Below are positions 12,985 to 26,300 of a stretch of 64,000 nucleotides of DNA, one piece after another. The number at the start of each line of letters is the position of its first letter. Position 1 is the first letter of the stretch. Source of the DNA: Trichosphaerium sp. ATCC 40318 (taxonomy: Eukaryota; Protista; Tubulinea); the NCBI GenBank assembly GCA_038496445.1, contig JALMLS010000042.1, forward strand, positions 40,658 to 104,657, written 5' to 3'. A program made the position numbers and the translations under genes. The notes under the pieces were generated by a model that was not told the origin of the DNA, ran no database searches, and saw only the letters and a program-made list of their open reading frames with translations.

Positions 12985-14018
12985 AGAAACCAAAGAATAA
13001 CAAAATTACAATGTCTTTTTGGGTTTTTTTGTGTACAAATTACGTTGTACTGCTTTTGAGTAAAGTCTTTATCTCTTCGCTGTTGCATTCTATACCTCAT
13101 AGACAGTTTTTTTGTAGCACAAGGGGTGTAGCACTTTGTACGACTGACCCAATTCGAAAAACACGTACTTCCTAGCCTGATAGTTCATGAGAAACAAAAG
13201 TCTGCGGACATGGTGGCTTTGGTAGGTACAAAACAGACCTTAGGCTTTCCGAACACCCCTGACAACATGCGCACAGGACAACAAGCACTTGCAGAAACAA
13301 AGGATCCGCTCCTGCTGCATCACATTTCCCGATTCACTTTTAGACTTTCCAAATCACGAAAACAAGACCCGTAAAGTTGGTAGCGTGATACACCATTTCT
13401 AGCTGTTGACGTTAGTGATGTTGCTATGATAGGATATGTTACGGTACGACTCCAAGTCAAGAAATACGAATACATTGCGAAGTTGAACCATTTGACTGAT
13501 TCTACAAAACCTTCCCGGTGCTCGTCTATGTTGTCTTAGCGCTTCAGTAACATGTGCAACCACTTTCAGCCAAGAACAAGCCTGAAAACAGCTTCTATAT
13601 TGCCTATTTTGTATCACCACAAAACTGGCCACACATACGTTCATCAATTTCGTTGTAAACAACTGTCCGCGTGTAGAGAATAATTCCGTTGTTCGAATTC
13701 TGAAAACCAAAATAGCAATCGATCAGGTCCAATTGCAAGGTTTATGTGGTGTAGACGCCTACGCAGCAAGTATAGTCTTGAAAGCGTATTTAAGTTAGTC
13801 CGCCCTTTGTATTTAGAAAACAGTTCAACGCGTTCTATTCCTTTAAATTAACGTTAAAAACAGCAGACGTATAAAGAGAGAATACAACGAGTTGGTTTCT
13901 GGTTTTCAGAACTAGCTTGTTGTGGTTTATTTACAAAAATCTACAATCGTTCGTCTAAAACGAACATATACAGTCTGTGGTATCAAAATAGAATACAAAA
14001 TGTCAGAATACTAAAGTG

Positions 14019-14891
14019 CTAAAGCTGCGTAAAAGCGGTAGGTCCAGTTCTCAATAGGACCTTTGGAGAAAACGCCTTACCAGGCGAGTGAACTATCGTA
14101 TTTGCTCGATGAGCACATTGTTGTTGAGACAAAAGATTGTTGGTTGAGGTTGGTCTAGGTTGTACATGTCGTTGAGAGAGAGACACCAGCTTAGTTCTCG
14201 TTGTTGCGCTGCGTGCTAGAGCTTGATTGTTTTTAAAAGCACGTCGTTCCTTAGCGCGTCTGTTTTGAAACCATACTTGTACACGCCTCACTTCCATGCC
14301 TAGCTCGATCGCCAATTTTAGTTTTAGTTGTTTGCCTGGCAGTTTTTGAGAATTGTAAACTGCTTCAAGTCTTTGTAGTTGATGTTTATCTACGCGTAAA
14401 CGGCTTTTCTTCTTGCTAATACGACAATCTTCAAATGTGATCGTTGCATACTTTTGAGGCTTTCTTACACCTCGAAAAACAGAAGATTGCTCAGACTGAC
14501 CTACAAACCTCATTCGTGATCTAGGTGCTTGTATTTTGAAGGGTTGCGAAGTCTCCACTGTTGGCGGTTGATTGTAAATTTGTTTTAGCTTATTTGGGTA
14601 CCTAGTAATAATAACGTTAGCGTCTATATAAGGTGCATATTGGTAGTTCTAATAGCGTATAAAAGAGAAAGCTTGCACAACTAGCGTAAAAAGTGCTAAA
14701 TTGCACAGTTGTTCATCTAGTGTCCAGCGTGTAATTCCTTACGCCTAGAAGTATCGAACGTACGTTGTTCCGGACCCCGGATATGTTTTACAACCGTTCA
14801 TCGTATCATTAGCGCTTGTTGTAGCATGACGTTGTGTAGTTGCTGCGTTGAAAGATCTATTGTCTGAGCAAAGGATGTGTTTAATGTCCAT
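14019..14891 (-). CDS. Homeodomain transcription factor
   Basis: KKSRLRVDKHQLQRLEAVY...LAIELGMEVRRVQVWFQNRRAKERR. Likely first exon MDIKHILC at 14891. Confidence 0.9.
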
Positions 14892-15646
14892 TTGTTGTTT
14901 GTATTGAAAAAACGAAAAGGAATAAAAAAAATCAATAACTTCCTTATTCGTTTCCTATTCCTTATCATAGTTTAAAGTACTACTATCATAGTTTGTATAC
15001 TCCTAGTAGTATCAATAATGTATTTATAGAGTCAATACAAATGCAATTCATGTATAATTACAGAACGGGTCATCTAGAAAAACCCGTAATGATAATTTTA
15101 AACTCTTTTGGATATAATAAAACAAAAATATCTAGGACACTTATTTATAAGACAACATTGTTGTATTACTAAAAAAGTAGATCACACTATCTTTACGCTA
15201 TATCTCACGTCCTAATCAGGCAATAGTCATACACACAAAGTCTGAAACGCTCGTACAAGGGTCGCTAATGTCCAGAGAACGTATACTGATACTATAACTT
15301 AATCTACGTGTTTATTTAAATTAAAACCCGCAACTTTCGGCCGCGGTGATACCAGAATATTAAGTTACAACTTTTTCATGCGTTTCATGCGTCATTGAAT
15401 ATAATACGTATAGCTAGATCATGTTTATAACAGGTTCGGAAAATACTCCATTTAAATAGGGCGTAGTGGCCGCTTTTTGTGAGTTGTTTTCACGACTTAT
15501 TACTACCAACAAACTGACGCTGTTTTCTTTATCCGTAGGCCAAAATGATGAAAATTACACCAAGGGATATGACAATAGGTACTATTTATCATCTCTTTAT
15601 TTTTGTAAAGTATTTTCAGTCAGTTGAAAACCGACGTGTTTTTCGT

Positions 15647-18600
15647 CTAAACAGAAGGCGCAGACGGCCTTGTAATCGTCTCTTTTTTGTTTGGTACGCT
15701 AGGTACAACATTGCAAGCACATTTTTGTGTCTTAGCAACATTACTGGACAACAAGAATCCGCGTTGTACTAATGGTGATTTTGTCAACCCTCTGGGCGTT
15801 GTAGCTTCATCATCACAACTTTCTGTGTACCACTTGTTCTTCATCAATAATCTTGGACTTGTTGAATACCTATCAGCCACATCACTGGCTCCCGTTAGAC
15901 CAGTAACAAATGCTTTGGGAATGAATCCTAAACGATTTTTCAGCAACTCATTTTCACGACCAAGCAATCCAAAATTAGAAAAAAGGTATGGCGTCATTTG
16001 TTTCACTAACCTATTCGCCCATTTAGTGATACTTGGAGCCACTCAGTGTCAACCTCTGCTACAAGTGTCATCTTGTCTCCTTGGCTAAAACTAACCTCCT
16101 GAAGTGCCTTGTAAGAACCGAAAAAAAGTCTTTTTTGCTAGCGTCGGGTTTCTAAAATCCCGAATTTCTTCTAAAAAACTTGAAAATTGTACTTCAAGTT
16201 GCAGAAAACGAAGAGCCCGTTCTCACGTACTGCGTCATCCTTTTCTTTGTAATTATACAATGCAGTTAATATACATGCTGTACCGCTCTTTGTACGGTGG
16301 CTATTAGCAAATATTGTGGGTCCACCTTAAAAAAGAAGTTAGAAGAGAATAATTTCCCTTTTGAGAACAAAAGTTCTGAACAACTTTCTAGCTACTAAAT
16401 CGTTTTTAAGGATACATTGTTTATGTGTTGTTTGAAAAGGAAAGGTAGGGTTTTGGGTAGCAGTCTTTTTTTTCTCAACAAAAAAATGCAAGAATTTCCG
16501 CGTTACTACTTCAAACTGCTTTTAATGTTCTTTATCAATTTGTACCTCTAGGCTGAGAGCCTTGGCTTTCGCTACGTTTGTGCGCTCTTTTTTTCTTGCC
16601 TTTCGCCAGTTTTCTGCTTGCTGAGTGCAAAGATACCTCAGTAGACGAGGATTTCTTTGTTTTGTGATTCTTCTTTAATGAAAGTGAACTTTGATACTTC
16701 TTTTGATTAACACAATCATCTGGTACTTTCTCATAGCAAAACTTATGTGCTGCAAAGTTACACTCTTACTACGGGTAAGAGATATAGTGTAAAGAAGAAA
16801 GAAAATCGACAAACGTTTTTGGTTAAAATGTCATTTTTTTTTTTTTTCGAAATTGCCTTTTAGGGCACGTACGTTTGCATTTATAACCTACAAATAAGCG
16901 TTACTACCACTGAATTTTTTTTCTTAACGATTTGGGTAATTTATGACAAAAAAGAAAAAAATCGATTATTATCACACTGCGTGCCTTGTTTATTTGTAAC
17001 TCCCCATATAAATGATGTACATAAGTTACACCATCTAGGTTGCTTGAAATACACGAGTCTAATTGAGTTTAAGCTTCCAAAAACAAAAAAAAAGGAAAAA
17101 CTGATACTCCGAATTTTGTTATGACGCGTACGCAAAATTATGTGCACTACGAGGTTGTATTGTATCTGCAGCATATATAATACACTTCTCTAATGACTGT
17201 ACCCATAGCTCAGCTTCGGATAAATTATCTGCAGGAATGTTATTACGAATAAAAAGTTAACATGAATAAACCAAAAAGAAAGTTCGAAAGAGATTTGACT
17301 GTGGTTTCCCTCGCACGTTTTTTTTGTTTAGCTAACACATAAATTATTTTCATAAAACTAAAAGGGAGAAGGAAGGATCGTACAAGAATTTTCTTAAAGC
17401 CTTTAATTACTTAATAATTCCAAAAGAAGAAATATGAAATACGTTTTAAGCAAACATCAAAATACAAGCTGCATGGTACTCCTGAGGTTGTTCAATGTTG
17501 TAAACACGATATAAACAACCACATTGTTAGTTTGACGCAACTTGTACCCAGACCAAAGACGCTGAGTGCGTTTAAAAGATTTCGTATGTTTTTTTGCTGT
17601 ATGCCGTTTTTGAGGTTAAAAAGCGAATAAACAAGCGCACGTACGACCATAGAGTGATATTGAAGAGAATTTACCACTTGGATGACGCATAAACACTATA
17701 AAGTTGTTTATTTGCTTTCCTGGCTTTATATAGCGGAAATATTGCGTCTGGAACGTTGCTACAAGTTTCTTTGTTGTGTCAATTGTTGTTTTCTCTTTCG
17801 CCTTGTCTTTTTCTTTCTAGTACTTTGCGTCAGTATTAACTGTCAAGGCTGTTGTTTGTGTCAAATAAAATCGTTACGGCACCAAAACCGACGCCTGTTA
17901 GCACTTCTATTTAAACCAAACCAACACTGTACGGTGTTTACGAGAGTACTAGCTACGAATAGTGTATAAAGCACAAATTTGCGTACCTTCTCGCTGTAGA
18001 AAGCGAACGTTGACTGCGTCAACGTAAAGTAGTAAGGGCGTATAGTGACGTGAGTTCTAGATTTACTAATCTTAGTCTCTTCTAACTCTAGTACTCCCTC
18101 TTTGATTACTTGTTCAAGGGACGTCATTATACCAGCACGAAGACTATTATCTTCGAATACATTCACAATTTGCCTGTTGAGGCGTACGTTAGTTCGCTAT
18201 GATCATAGAGCGTGCTGTGTACTATCTGTACAAATTTTTTTTTTTGGATTAATTTGTGCGGTCTTGTAACGTCATGATATTTACATCTATCTTCACTCCA
18301 CGCGTTCTGCAGCGTCGCTAGTTGTGGATTTAAATAATTGAGAGCGTTTAATACAAAAAGCAATACTAAGTGTTCTATTCTAACGTATTAGATGCGTTAG
18401 GTCTTCACTACACTGAGTTTCCAACGCGAGTAGGTTTGGCTGGCGTTTTCACTAAATTATTGACGTTTTGGCGTTGCATTTCCGTTTTTAGAGCGGTTTT
18501 TCACACAGCTAAACTAGCAATGAAGCCTCAATTACGCTAAAAAGTGCTTTTCATGTGTAATTGTATCATTGTCACGTTCTGAAAACGTTCTCATGAGAAA

Positions 18601-18900
18601 ACTGTTTGGTACGCAAAACCTTTACAGTACTCAATTACGTTTAGGGTTGAATTCAATTTGTTTCAGGGCTTTGGACGCGCTTCTATACTTTATGCGCTTT
18701 TATTGGCACAAATTTTGAAATGAGGCTTGTTTTTAGTATGTTCCACGCGTAGGCAGATCGTTTTGGTCACTTTTGAAACTACATGCTGAGAAAAGTCATC
18801 TCAACATGCTGAAAATGCTCAAGGGAGCTTTTATACTCGAATTCAGTACGTTTTGAGCCTTTGGTTGCGATTAAGGAGGTAGAATTCTTGTTTAGTTGTG
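15647..18900 (-). CDS. PH- and C1-domain signalling protein (start uncertain)
   Basis: PH: VIKEGVLE...RPYYFTLTQSTFAFY. C1: FKQPRWCNLCTSFIWG...C..CNFAAHKFCYEKVPDDC across introns. Basic, Ser-rich tail. Confidence 0.7.
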
Positions 18901-19139
18901 CACATTAGCTGTTAAACGCCGTAACCCTTTCAAGACGTTACTGCACTGCTATCTATAACGGCACACAAAAATACTATTCTTAGTTGTGCGTAGGTTATCT
19001 TCTTTCACAAGGCTATCTGTCTAGATAACAATCAAGCAGCGTGAACAAATCCAAAACCCGAAAATAGCTATTATTTTCTCCTGAACTCGTGTTTCGTTTG
19101 AAAACCATTTACCACTAGAAACCAACTCCTAAGAATCAA

Positions 19140-20449
19140 ATGGCACAAACAAACACAAATATACTTTATTGCGGCGGTGATGACGACTATCGTGGCATCT
19201 TTTCTGCTTTTGAGTTAAGTTGAGATAAATACGAGTTGTAGTTGATAGAAGTACCTCTAATAGGTAGTAAAAGAAGGTCAAGACGTCAAAATAACAGAAA
19301 AAGCAAGATTTGATGACTATAAGCACCAAGGCGCACCAAGGTTTTGCGTTCAAGAAACAAGTGACGGAAAAAAATATCTCGTTCATGGCAACCAAGATCT
19401 TCATATTGGTGATCTCTCCAATCCACTCGTATCCCCTTTTTCGGTAGTAGGAGAACCTGTAACAGGTCATGCAAAGGAACTTAAATCAATGTAAGCCAAA
19501 AGAAGAACGTTACATTTGCAACTTGCACTTTTTTTTTTGTTTTTTTGAGAAATACATGTCGCTCACTTTTGTTTATCAGGTGTCGCTTGACGAATACTTC
19601 GTTTACTACAGCATGTAAATCTAACGAATTAAAAGTATGGCAGTTCATACAAGGGAAAGAGGGTGAATTACCTACGATTAAGTGCGTGCAAACTATGTCA
19701 CTACAAGATGAACTAGAAGACGAAGAACCAGAAGTATTATCAGATATGATGAAATTGTTACTAAGCAGGAACTGTACAGTATCGATTATGGCATTGAATG
19801 ATAACTGCTTTGCAACAATTAAGAAAACGGGTGAGTACGCATTGGCATGGAGCAAGAATAAAGAAGGAAAGTATGTAAATACAGATAGAATCCTGAAGCA
19901 TAAAGACGAACCAAAAAGTATGTGTACCTTCGAGATTAAGGACAAGACATACTTGATCACGTGTGCCAACCGTATTTACGTTACAGAATACGTTAAGGGC
20001 GCAGGTGGTACTACAACCTTTAATGTACAAGAAGAGGTAAAAATCGCACGTGGAATACTATGTATTGAAGCTTTTGTTACAACCGATGGAAAAGAAACAA
20101 ATGTACATGCGGTTGCTGGTGATTCTCTTGGAAATATTATTGTATTGAGAGCGCTTGTTAAGGAGTCTGAACGTGCGTATACTGACCATTGCTTTCAATA
20201 AGTTAACTTCGTATAGCTCTTTGCTTTGAGATTGTTTCTAAGACCGAAAAAGCACACAAATACAAAATAACAACATTGAAGATTATTCGTGACAGTGAGA
20301 ATCCATTAAATTCAGTTGTTATAACTGGCGGATATGATGAGAAGATCAGGGCTTGGAAATCTGTTTTCACTGGTGAACCAAGTCTCATTCAAATGATAGG
20401 TATTAATGACGACTTTCAGATTGAACAGCTTGATGTTCTACGTCCTTGA
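19140..20449 (+). CDS. WD40-like beta-propeller protein
   Basis: GHAKELKSMCRLTNTSFTTACKSNELKVWQF, AVAGDSLGNIIV and ITGGYDEKIRAW. Three introns. Confidence 0.7.
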
Positions 20450-20750
20450 TTTCAAAATTTTGTTGACTGTTAAATAAACATCAACAATATTGCCATAATA
20501 CAATCGCAGTGAGAACCATGTACAGTGAGCTTTGCATAATAAGCAACCCTGTTAATACCTGTAGCGGTGTTTTTCTATTGGGTGATAGAGCCAAAAAATC
20601 TAATGACAATTTGTGATTACAATTTTGTTTGAAGATCTGTCCTCGTACAGAAGATACTTAATTGGCATTGATTATCGCCTGAAGGCGCAACGTCTTCGTT
20701 CAGTGACTTTCACTAAGGCAACATTAGTGTTAAACCAGTGTTTTGTAACA

Positions 20751-22042
20751 ATGTCTTCTGGAATTATCACGTGTCTTTTAATCGCCTCCATGGTGTTTGT
20801 AATGTCTCAAAAATGTCAAAAGATAATAGCACCAGGTTATTGGTACCCAGGGAGTCAATGGAACAAAACAGTAGCTGGTACAATAAACAATCATTCATCA
20901 ACTGCTTCTCAACGCTTTTTAGAGTCAGGAGTAGCTAATACGCTCGTTATGAACCCTAACAGCGGTCCTGGCACTACAAAGGTACAAACGACATCAAAAC
21001 CGTTGTTATTTATCTAGAAATTACTCTTCAGGACAGCGTATACGCTGCGTATGTTAAATACGCGCAAAGTAATGGTGTAGCGGTTATTGGTTATGTACAC
21101 ACGAGGTACAAGTGTTACTCAGAATTTTCCGTTCTTTTTTTTGCTAAAGACATATCAAAGCTACGGACAAAGAGCTTCTGCAACTGTTCTAAACGAGGTT
21201 GACATTTATTATGAATGGTCAGTTTTTTTGGTTGGTTTAGTTTGTAAGTTTTAATCACTTGACTTTCCCAAGGTATGATGTCGATGGTATATTCTTTGAT
21301 GAAGTATCTAATTTGGCTTCAGAGCTCACTTACTATAAAACAATTTACGACCACGTGAAATCGAAGACAGGCAAAAAGATTTTTAAATAAACTGTGCTAA
21401 CAGTTTTAATCATTTAGGTCAGCGAACTGTTGTTATTAATCCAGGAACAATCCCTGATGCTGGTACTGTTCCTTTTTCGTTCAAGGTTAATTTCACGACT
21501 ACCAACAACAGTATTCCCATCGACTCTGCCACGTTTGGATACTTGTTGTTTTTTGATTGTCTCAGCTTTTCTTTTTGTGCTAGGTTGATTTTTTTTGATT
21601 GTTAACAAACTTTTAAGGATACGCTAATGTTAGTGATGTTGCATGTATTTTCGAAAGTTCATGTGCACAATATCAAAACTATGTACCACAAACATGGACT
21701 TTAAATGAAGATAGCAAAAAAGTAAGCACAACAACAGTTTTTGTTGCCAACTTCTTTTTTGTTGTTTGAAACTACAAAATTCGACGACACTTTGTACAAC
21801 ACGTCACAAGTCTATTGATTTGTTTTGAATCTCTGTAGTAATCACACTTTTTTCTTATACTATAGTAGCTCTATCATATAGTGTATGATTGTACACAAGA
21901 AGAACTAACAAACGTACTTACACTTTCAAAAAAGTATAATATTGGCAATGTCTACATAACTCAACTGACACTACCTAATCCTTACTCTTCCCTACCTTCA
22001 TACTGGACGACTGAAGCGAACTTAATAAAATCAGAGTGCTAG
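20751..22042 (+). CDS. Spherulation-specific family 4 (spherulin-4 / GH135-like) secreted glycoside hydrolase
   Basis: Signal peptide. Motifs PGYWYP, MNPNSGPG, VIGYVHT.YG.R, YDVDGIFFDEV, VINPGT, CIFES. Confidence 0.88.
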
Positions 22043-22136
22043 TAACAAACATTTAACAAGCAAAAGAAGGAAATACATCAACGAAGTTGTCTAATCTTTG
22101 TTCTTTATTGTACTTTTTTTCACTGAAGAAAACCGT

Positions 22137-23087
22137 TTACTTTTGTTCATCTTCTATTTTCGTTCTTTTCCCACCTGCATCAGCGTCAGATGACTTACGT
22201 TTTCCACTGTTACCTTTTATTTCATCTCCTGGAGTGTCTTTAGCACATTTCTTATCTCCAATCTGAAAGGACAAATCCTTTATGTAAGCAGTAACTGGCT
22301 TAACAATAAGAGACTCATTAAGTTTCTTTAACGTTTCAGGTGTAATCCCAGATCCATCAATAAGCATCCATTCTTCTTTCAACTCGGGGTAAACAGTGGA
22401 AGTACCTTTAACAAGGTTCTTTGCCTTATCATTATTGCCTGACCCGTCGTCCTTTGGAACAAAATTTGGCTTGATTGTTACAGAATTTACTGATGATCCG
22501 TTCACACATCCTTGAAAATAATCGTGTCCTCTTGTTTTCTTAGCATCTCCAAAGTCAATACCAAGTATTTTTCCTACTTCTTTAGATACTTGATTCAGGG
22601 TTGAAGAAGTTTCAATCACGTGTAGATCTTCAGGTTGAAGTACTAGCATGCCCAAGTACTCTGCAAATGTCGGTGCAATTTGTTGATTGAGTTCGAGTTC
22701 AAGGTCAATGAAGCAAACGCTTGGGCACGTGGGTGTTGTTCTGTAGTCGAAACAAAAGTAGTAATGGCATCCATCACCATCGAAGGGTATAACATTGTCA
22801 AGAGAGAACTCCACCTCGGCATCTTCAAAACAATTGTCACTAAAAAGTGCGTTGCCTTGCTCAGCGATTCCATAGATTTGTTCAACTAAACCGCCTCCCG
22901 GTGCATCTTCTGGTAGGTTGAAGCGTATATAACCTCCGTTTTGTTGTTTTAGCAGTTGTTTGTACTCCTCAGGCAGTTTGTAACCAATTTTCTTTTCAGC
23001 TTTGTCTATCGCTTCTTGAGTTATCGGAGAAAGAACCCCTTGCATATATATAGGCGCAGACCATATTCTTGATTTAATTGTTGCCAT
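22137..23087 (-). CDS. SMI1/KNR4 (SUKH) family protein, intronless
   Basis: ITQEAIDKAEKKIGYKLPEEYKQLLKQQNGG...IPFDGDG.HYYFCFDYR...IAPTFAEYL. Basic NLS-like C-terminus. Confidence 0.88.
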   Translation of the reverse strand: MATIKSRIWSAPIYMQGVLSPITQEAIDKAEKKIGYKLPEEYKQLLKQQNGGYIRFNLPEDAPGGGLVEQIYGIAEQGNALFSDNCFEDAEVEFSLDNVIPFDGDGCHYYFCFDYRTTPTCPSVCFIDLELELNQQIAPTFAEYLGMLVLQPEDLHVIETSSTLNQVSKEVGKILGIDFGDAKKTRGHDYFQGCVNGSSVNSVTIKPNFVPKDDGSGNNDKAKNLVKGTSTVYPELKEEWMLIDGSGITPETLKKLNESLIVKPVTAYIKDLSFQIGDKKCAKDTPGDEIKGNSGKRKSSDADAGGKRTKIEDEQK

Positions 23088-23719
23088 ACTTATCTTTTTG
23101 CTGTTTTATTGATGTATTGTCACTCTAGTATATCCAGCGACAGTATGGAACTGTTTACGCTGTGTACAAGTATAGTCGTTTTGCTATTAAGCTCCGCAAT
23201 TGACTTAAGTACATGTCTTTTTTTCTTTGATTCTAATTGCCACTTACTGGACTCACACCTATTGAATGGCGGTGTTTAAGCTTTGACTACGCTAAATAAA
23301 GTTAGACAACCGAGAACCACGTGATCCCGTTTATTTTGTTCAGCGAACTGATTAAACAAGCTTAATTCTTAGAATTTGACTTGTGTTTTATCCATTACCG
23401 GATTAGTAATACAACAATGTTGGCTTATAAATAACAATTACAATAGCTTGTAGGTGAAGTTTTATATACAGTAGATTGTAGTTAATAAAGCGCAATAGCA
23501 CAGTATCTATGTCAATAAAAGTAGCCATTTCACGAAGCTTAGGCGCCTCATCTAGACATTTAGTGTGTTGGCGAATTTACATGTACAGTTGTTATGTAAT
23601 TTTTTGGTTGTCACGTGACAAAAACACTTTTTAGTCAATCGTGGCTCTAGTCAATTTTGCGAAATACTCTTCTGTTAAACGTTCAATTTACAAGAAGATA
23701 AGAGAGATACTAGACTACC

Positions 23720-25018
23720 ATGGCGTTAAAACAACAACGAACAACATATGTACTTCAAGAGCTCCCGCCTGAGACGCTAACACATATTCTACGATTTTTA
23801 AAGAGAAACCAAAGCATCACAGCTTCCACGGTCTCTCGCCTTTTCAATGACGTCATTCGTAATAATATTGGCTTTGATGCTGTTCATATGAGAGCACCAT
23901 CAGATATCGCTGTTCTCAAAGACAGTCCGTTACTAAAAAACACTAAAATAGTCTGTACAAACTTAAGAATCAAATTTTCAGAGGCTGACATTGAGTGTCT
24001 TTCTGGTGTTCATACAATAGATTTGGCTAATTCTTCAATTACTGATAATCATATCATCTCCTTAGTAAAAGGAGGACAACACAATATCCACAACATTGAC
24101 TTGAGTGGGACTGACATAACAGACGTATCACTGAAAGCTCTTAGATCTGTTCACACAATTGACATTTGTGGTTGTGGCAGTGTTACTGAAGATGGAATAA
24201 GATCACTGAGTGGTGTACACAAAATTAGTCTTCTTGCCGTGGAGGATTCATGGCTCAAACACCTTGGTGGTGTACACACACTCAACATTGGAAACTCGCA
24301 TGTATTGGATGAAGATGAGCTCAAAGCACTTACAAATGTCAAAGAGATGAGATTAGGTTATAGTGACATTACAGTGAAGCACTTTGTAAATCTACAGTCT
24401 CTCACACTTGATCAATGCCCCAAGGTTACAGACACTGGTTTGAAAAAATTGGTCAATCTTGAGTATCTCACTTTTGAAAAATGCAATATTACTGACGAAG
24501 GTTTAAAGCACTTGGTTAACCTAAAATACCTTAACATTGCAGAAAGTAAGAAGATTACAGGATCTTGCTTTAAGTATTTGTTTCAGAATCTTAAGAGCGT
24601 GCGCCTTGGAAACTGTAATGTTACAGACTTTGGTTTGCAGCATTTAGTTAATCTTGAACAACTTGAGCTTGTATATTGTACTGAGATTACAGGATCATGT
24701 TTCAAAGATTTGGGAAATCTCAAACGCCTTTGTATCTCTCGTTGTTCCAGCATCACGGATTCTTGTTTCAGCTATTTATCTGGTCTTAAAGAGTTGATTC
24801 TATCAAGTGAGAGTGTAGAAGACTCGGATTTGAAGAACTTGGTTAACCTTGTTTACTTTGAACCTCAAAATTGTCCAAAGATCACCATGAAGTGCTTGAC
24901 ACAAATGTCTTCTCTTGTATTTGTTGTGGTTCATAAATCTGTTCCATTTGATGAATATCAACGACAAGCTTTTGAACAGTTGGGCATTGTTTTACTCTTT
25001 CAAAGTCAGTTGGAATAA
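23720..25018 (+). CDS. F-box/leucine-rich-repeat protein, intronless
   Basis: F-box LQELPPETLTHILRFL...VSRLF. LRRs of type GVHTIDL..ITD and LVNLEYL. Confidence 0.9.
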   Translation: MALKQQRTTYVLQELPPETLTHILRFLKRNQSITASTVSRLFNDVIRNNIGFDAVHMRAPSDIAVLKDSPLLKNTKIVCTNLRIKFSEADIECLSGVHTIDLANSSITDNHIISLVKGGQHNIHNIDLSGTDITDVSLKALRSVHTIDICGCGSVTEDGIRSLSGVHKISLLAVEDSWLKHLGGVHTLNIGNSHVLDEDELKALTNVKEMRLGYSDITVKHFVNLQSLTLDQCPKVTDTGLKKLVNLEYLTFEKCNITDEGLKHLVNLKYLNIAESKKITGSCFKYLFQNLKSVRLGNCNVTDFGLQHLVNLEQLELVYCTEITGSCFKDLGNLKRLCISRCSSITDSCFSYLSGLKELILSSESVEDSDLKNLVNLVYFEPQNCPKITMKCLTQMSSLVFVVVHKSVPFDEYQRQAFEQLGIVLLFQSQLE

Positions 25019-25358
25019 TTGTAGAAATAAACAGATGCTCTTTTATTACTTACTTTGTTCTTTCATACAACACCCGCCTTTAACACTCAAGTCTTTCTAG
25101 CTGGTATTCATACAATGAACTAAACCATTATAAGAATAACTGACAAGGCATTAAGGCGTTGGTGGTGTACACAAGGTAGATCTTTGTCAAATTGTGGTAT
25201 CAATGAAGGGATTGAAGTACTCTAGCTTCCATCCTCCACTAACTCTCCTCCATCTCCAAACTTGCAGCAAAGAGGTCTTCCTCTTGGAGGCTAAAGGCTG
25301 CGTTAATCTAAAAGTCCAGTCCTGGGTTTTCTGAAAGTGCAAACATAAAACGATTTAA

Positions 25359-26082
25359 GGGTGGAGTCCTATAATGTCTCAATATCGATTAACCCCTCAC
25401 AGATTTGGCTATAATTTACTGTGAGTACTCAGCACGCCCAGTTATACCCTTTAGGTAGCGCTAAAAATTTTTTCCAATAAATGGAATTGCGTTTTTTACC
25501 TAAATTAAGCGACTTTTCACGCTCAGCTAACCCCTCTTCAATTCCGCTATAAACTTCCACAAAACACGTATTTACAGTCTTAAATGATATAGTGTGGTTT
25601 AAAAAGTTATTGCACAACACACAACATAGAATTTTGAAAAAAACATCTAAAAATAACAAATAATGTTTACGGTAAACACACAAAAAAAAAAATACAAGTT
25701 TTTGATACACAAAAAAACCAAAAAATAACACTTAAAAATTAGTTTTTTTCTCCAAAAACTGCACAGCTCATAAAATTCATAGATGGGTGCCACGTGCTGT
25801 GATGAAATGAACATGAATAATTTTTCATACAAGTAATGAAAAAAATGGTTACTGCTTAATTTGGAAGCTATGTGAAAAAAGCACGTGTCTGTTAAATCGC
25901 GTAGGCGTTAAGGTCATACGGTTTAATGTGGTAACAAAAAATCAGGTTAAAAAAACAGTTTTTGTCAATATAGGACTCTCAATATAGGACTCTCAATATA
26001 GGACTCTCAATATAGGACTCTCAATATAGGTCTCTCAATATAGGACTCTCAATGTTAAAAATGTCAATATAAGACTCCACCC
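25359..26082. mobile_element. Non-autonomous TIR DNA transposon with TTAA TSD (Kolobok-like termini)
   Basis: TTAA|GGGTGGAGTCCTATAATGTC ... GTCAATATAAGACTCCACCC|TTAA, 17/20 inverted match. Confidence 0.85.
25965..26053 (+). repeat. Tandem 14-bp repeat TCAATATAGGACTC x6 plus a partial copy
   Basis: Six adjacent copies with one mismatch. The unit matches the inner part of the element's TIR. Confidence 0.95.
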
Positions 26083-26217
26083 TTAATAAGAGGATGTTGT
26101 GGATTCACCATTATAATTCATTGAGCTAGCGAATAATTAGTAGACTGTGCTTACGTGGTAACAAGTGCGCTCAGTGCTAAAGGTACAGAACTTCAATCCC
26201 CATTTGAATTTTCAAAA

Positions 26218-26300
26218 TATTCAATGAATACTCCGAAAAACTAAAGTGTCACCCTCAAACGAGAAGTCTCGCCATTTCTTAGTCAATTTGGCAGTCTACA
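26218..26300 (+). pseudogene. Decayed duplicate fragment of the adjacent glycosyltransferase exon
   Basis: TTCAATGAATAC...AAACTAAAGTGTCACC...CTCGCCATTTCTTAGTCA matches about 26899-26980. Confidence 0.7.

Noticed and set aside
13399-13710. 103-aa minus-strand ORF
   Set aside because: It has a non-ATG start, no recognisable motif and no clear splice structure.
15687-16088. 133-aa plus-strand ORF
   Set aside because: It is antisense to the last exon of the PH/C1 gene and has no motif of its own.
17684-17748. Apparent hairpin GACGCA...TGCGTC
   Set aside because: It lies within an open coding exon of the PH domain on the minus strand.
25965-26053. Regular short repeats resembling a CRISPR array
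   Set aside because: The units are directly adjacent with no spacers, lie inside a transposon, and the context is eukaryotic.
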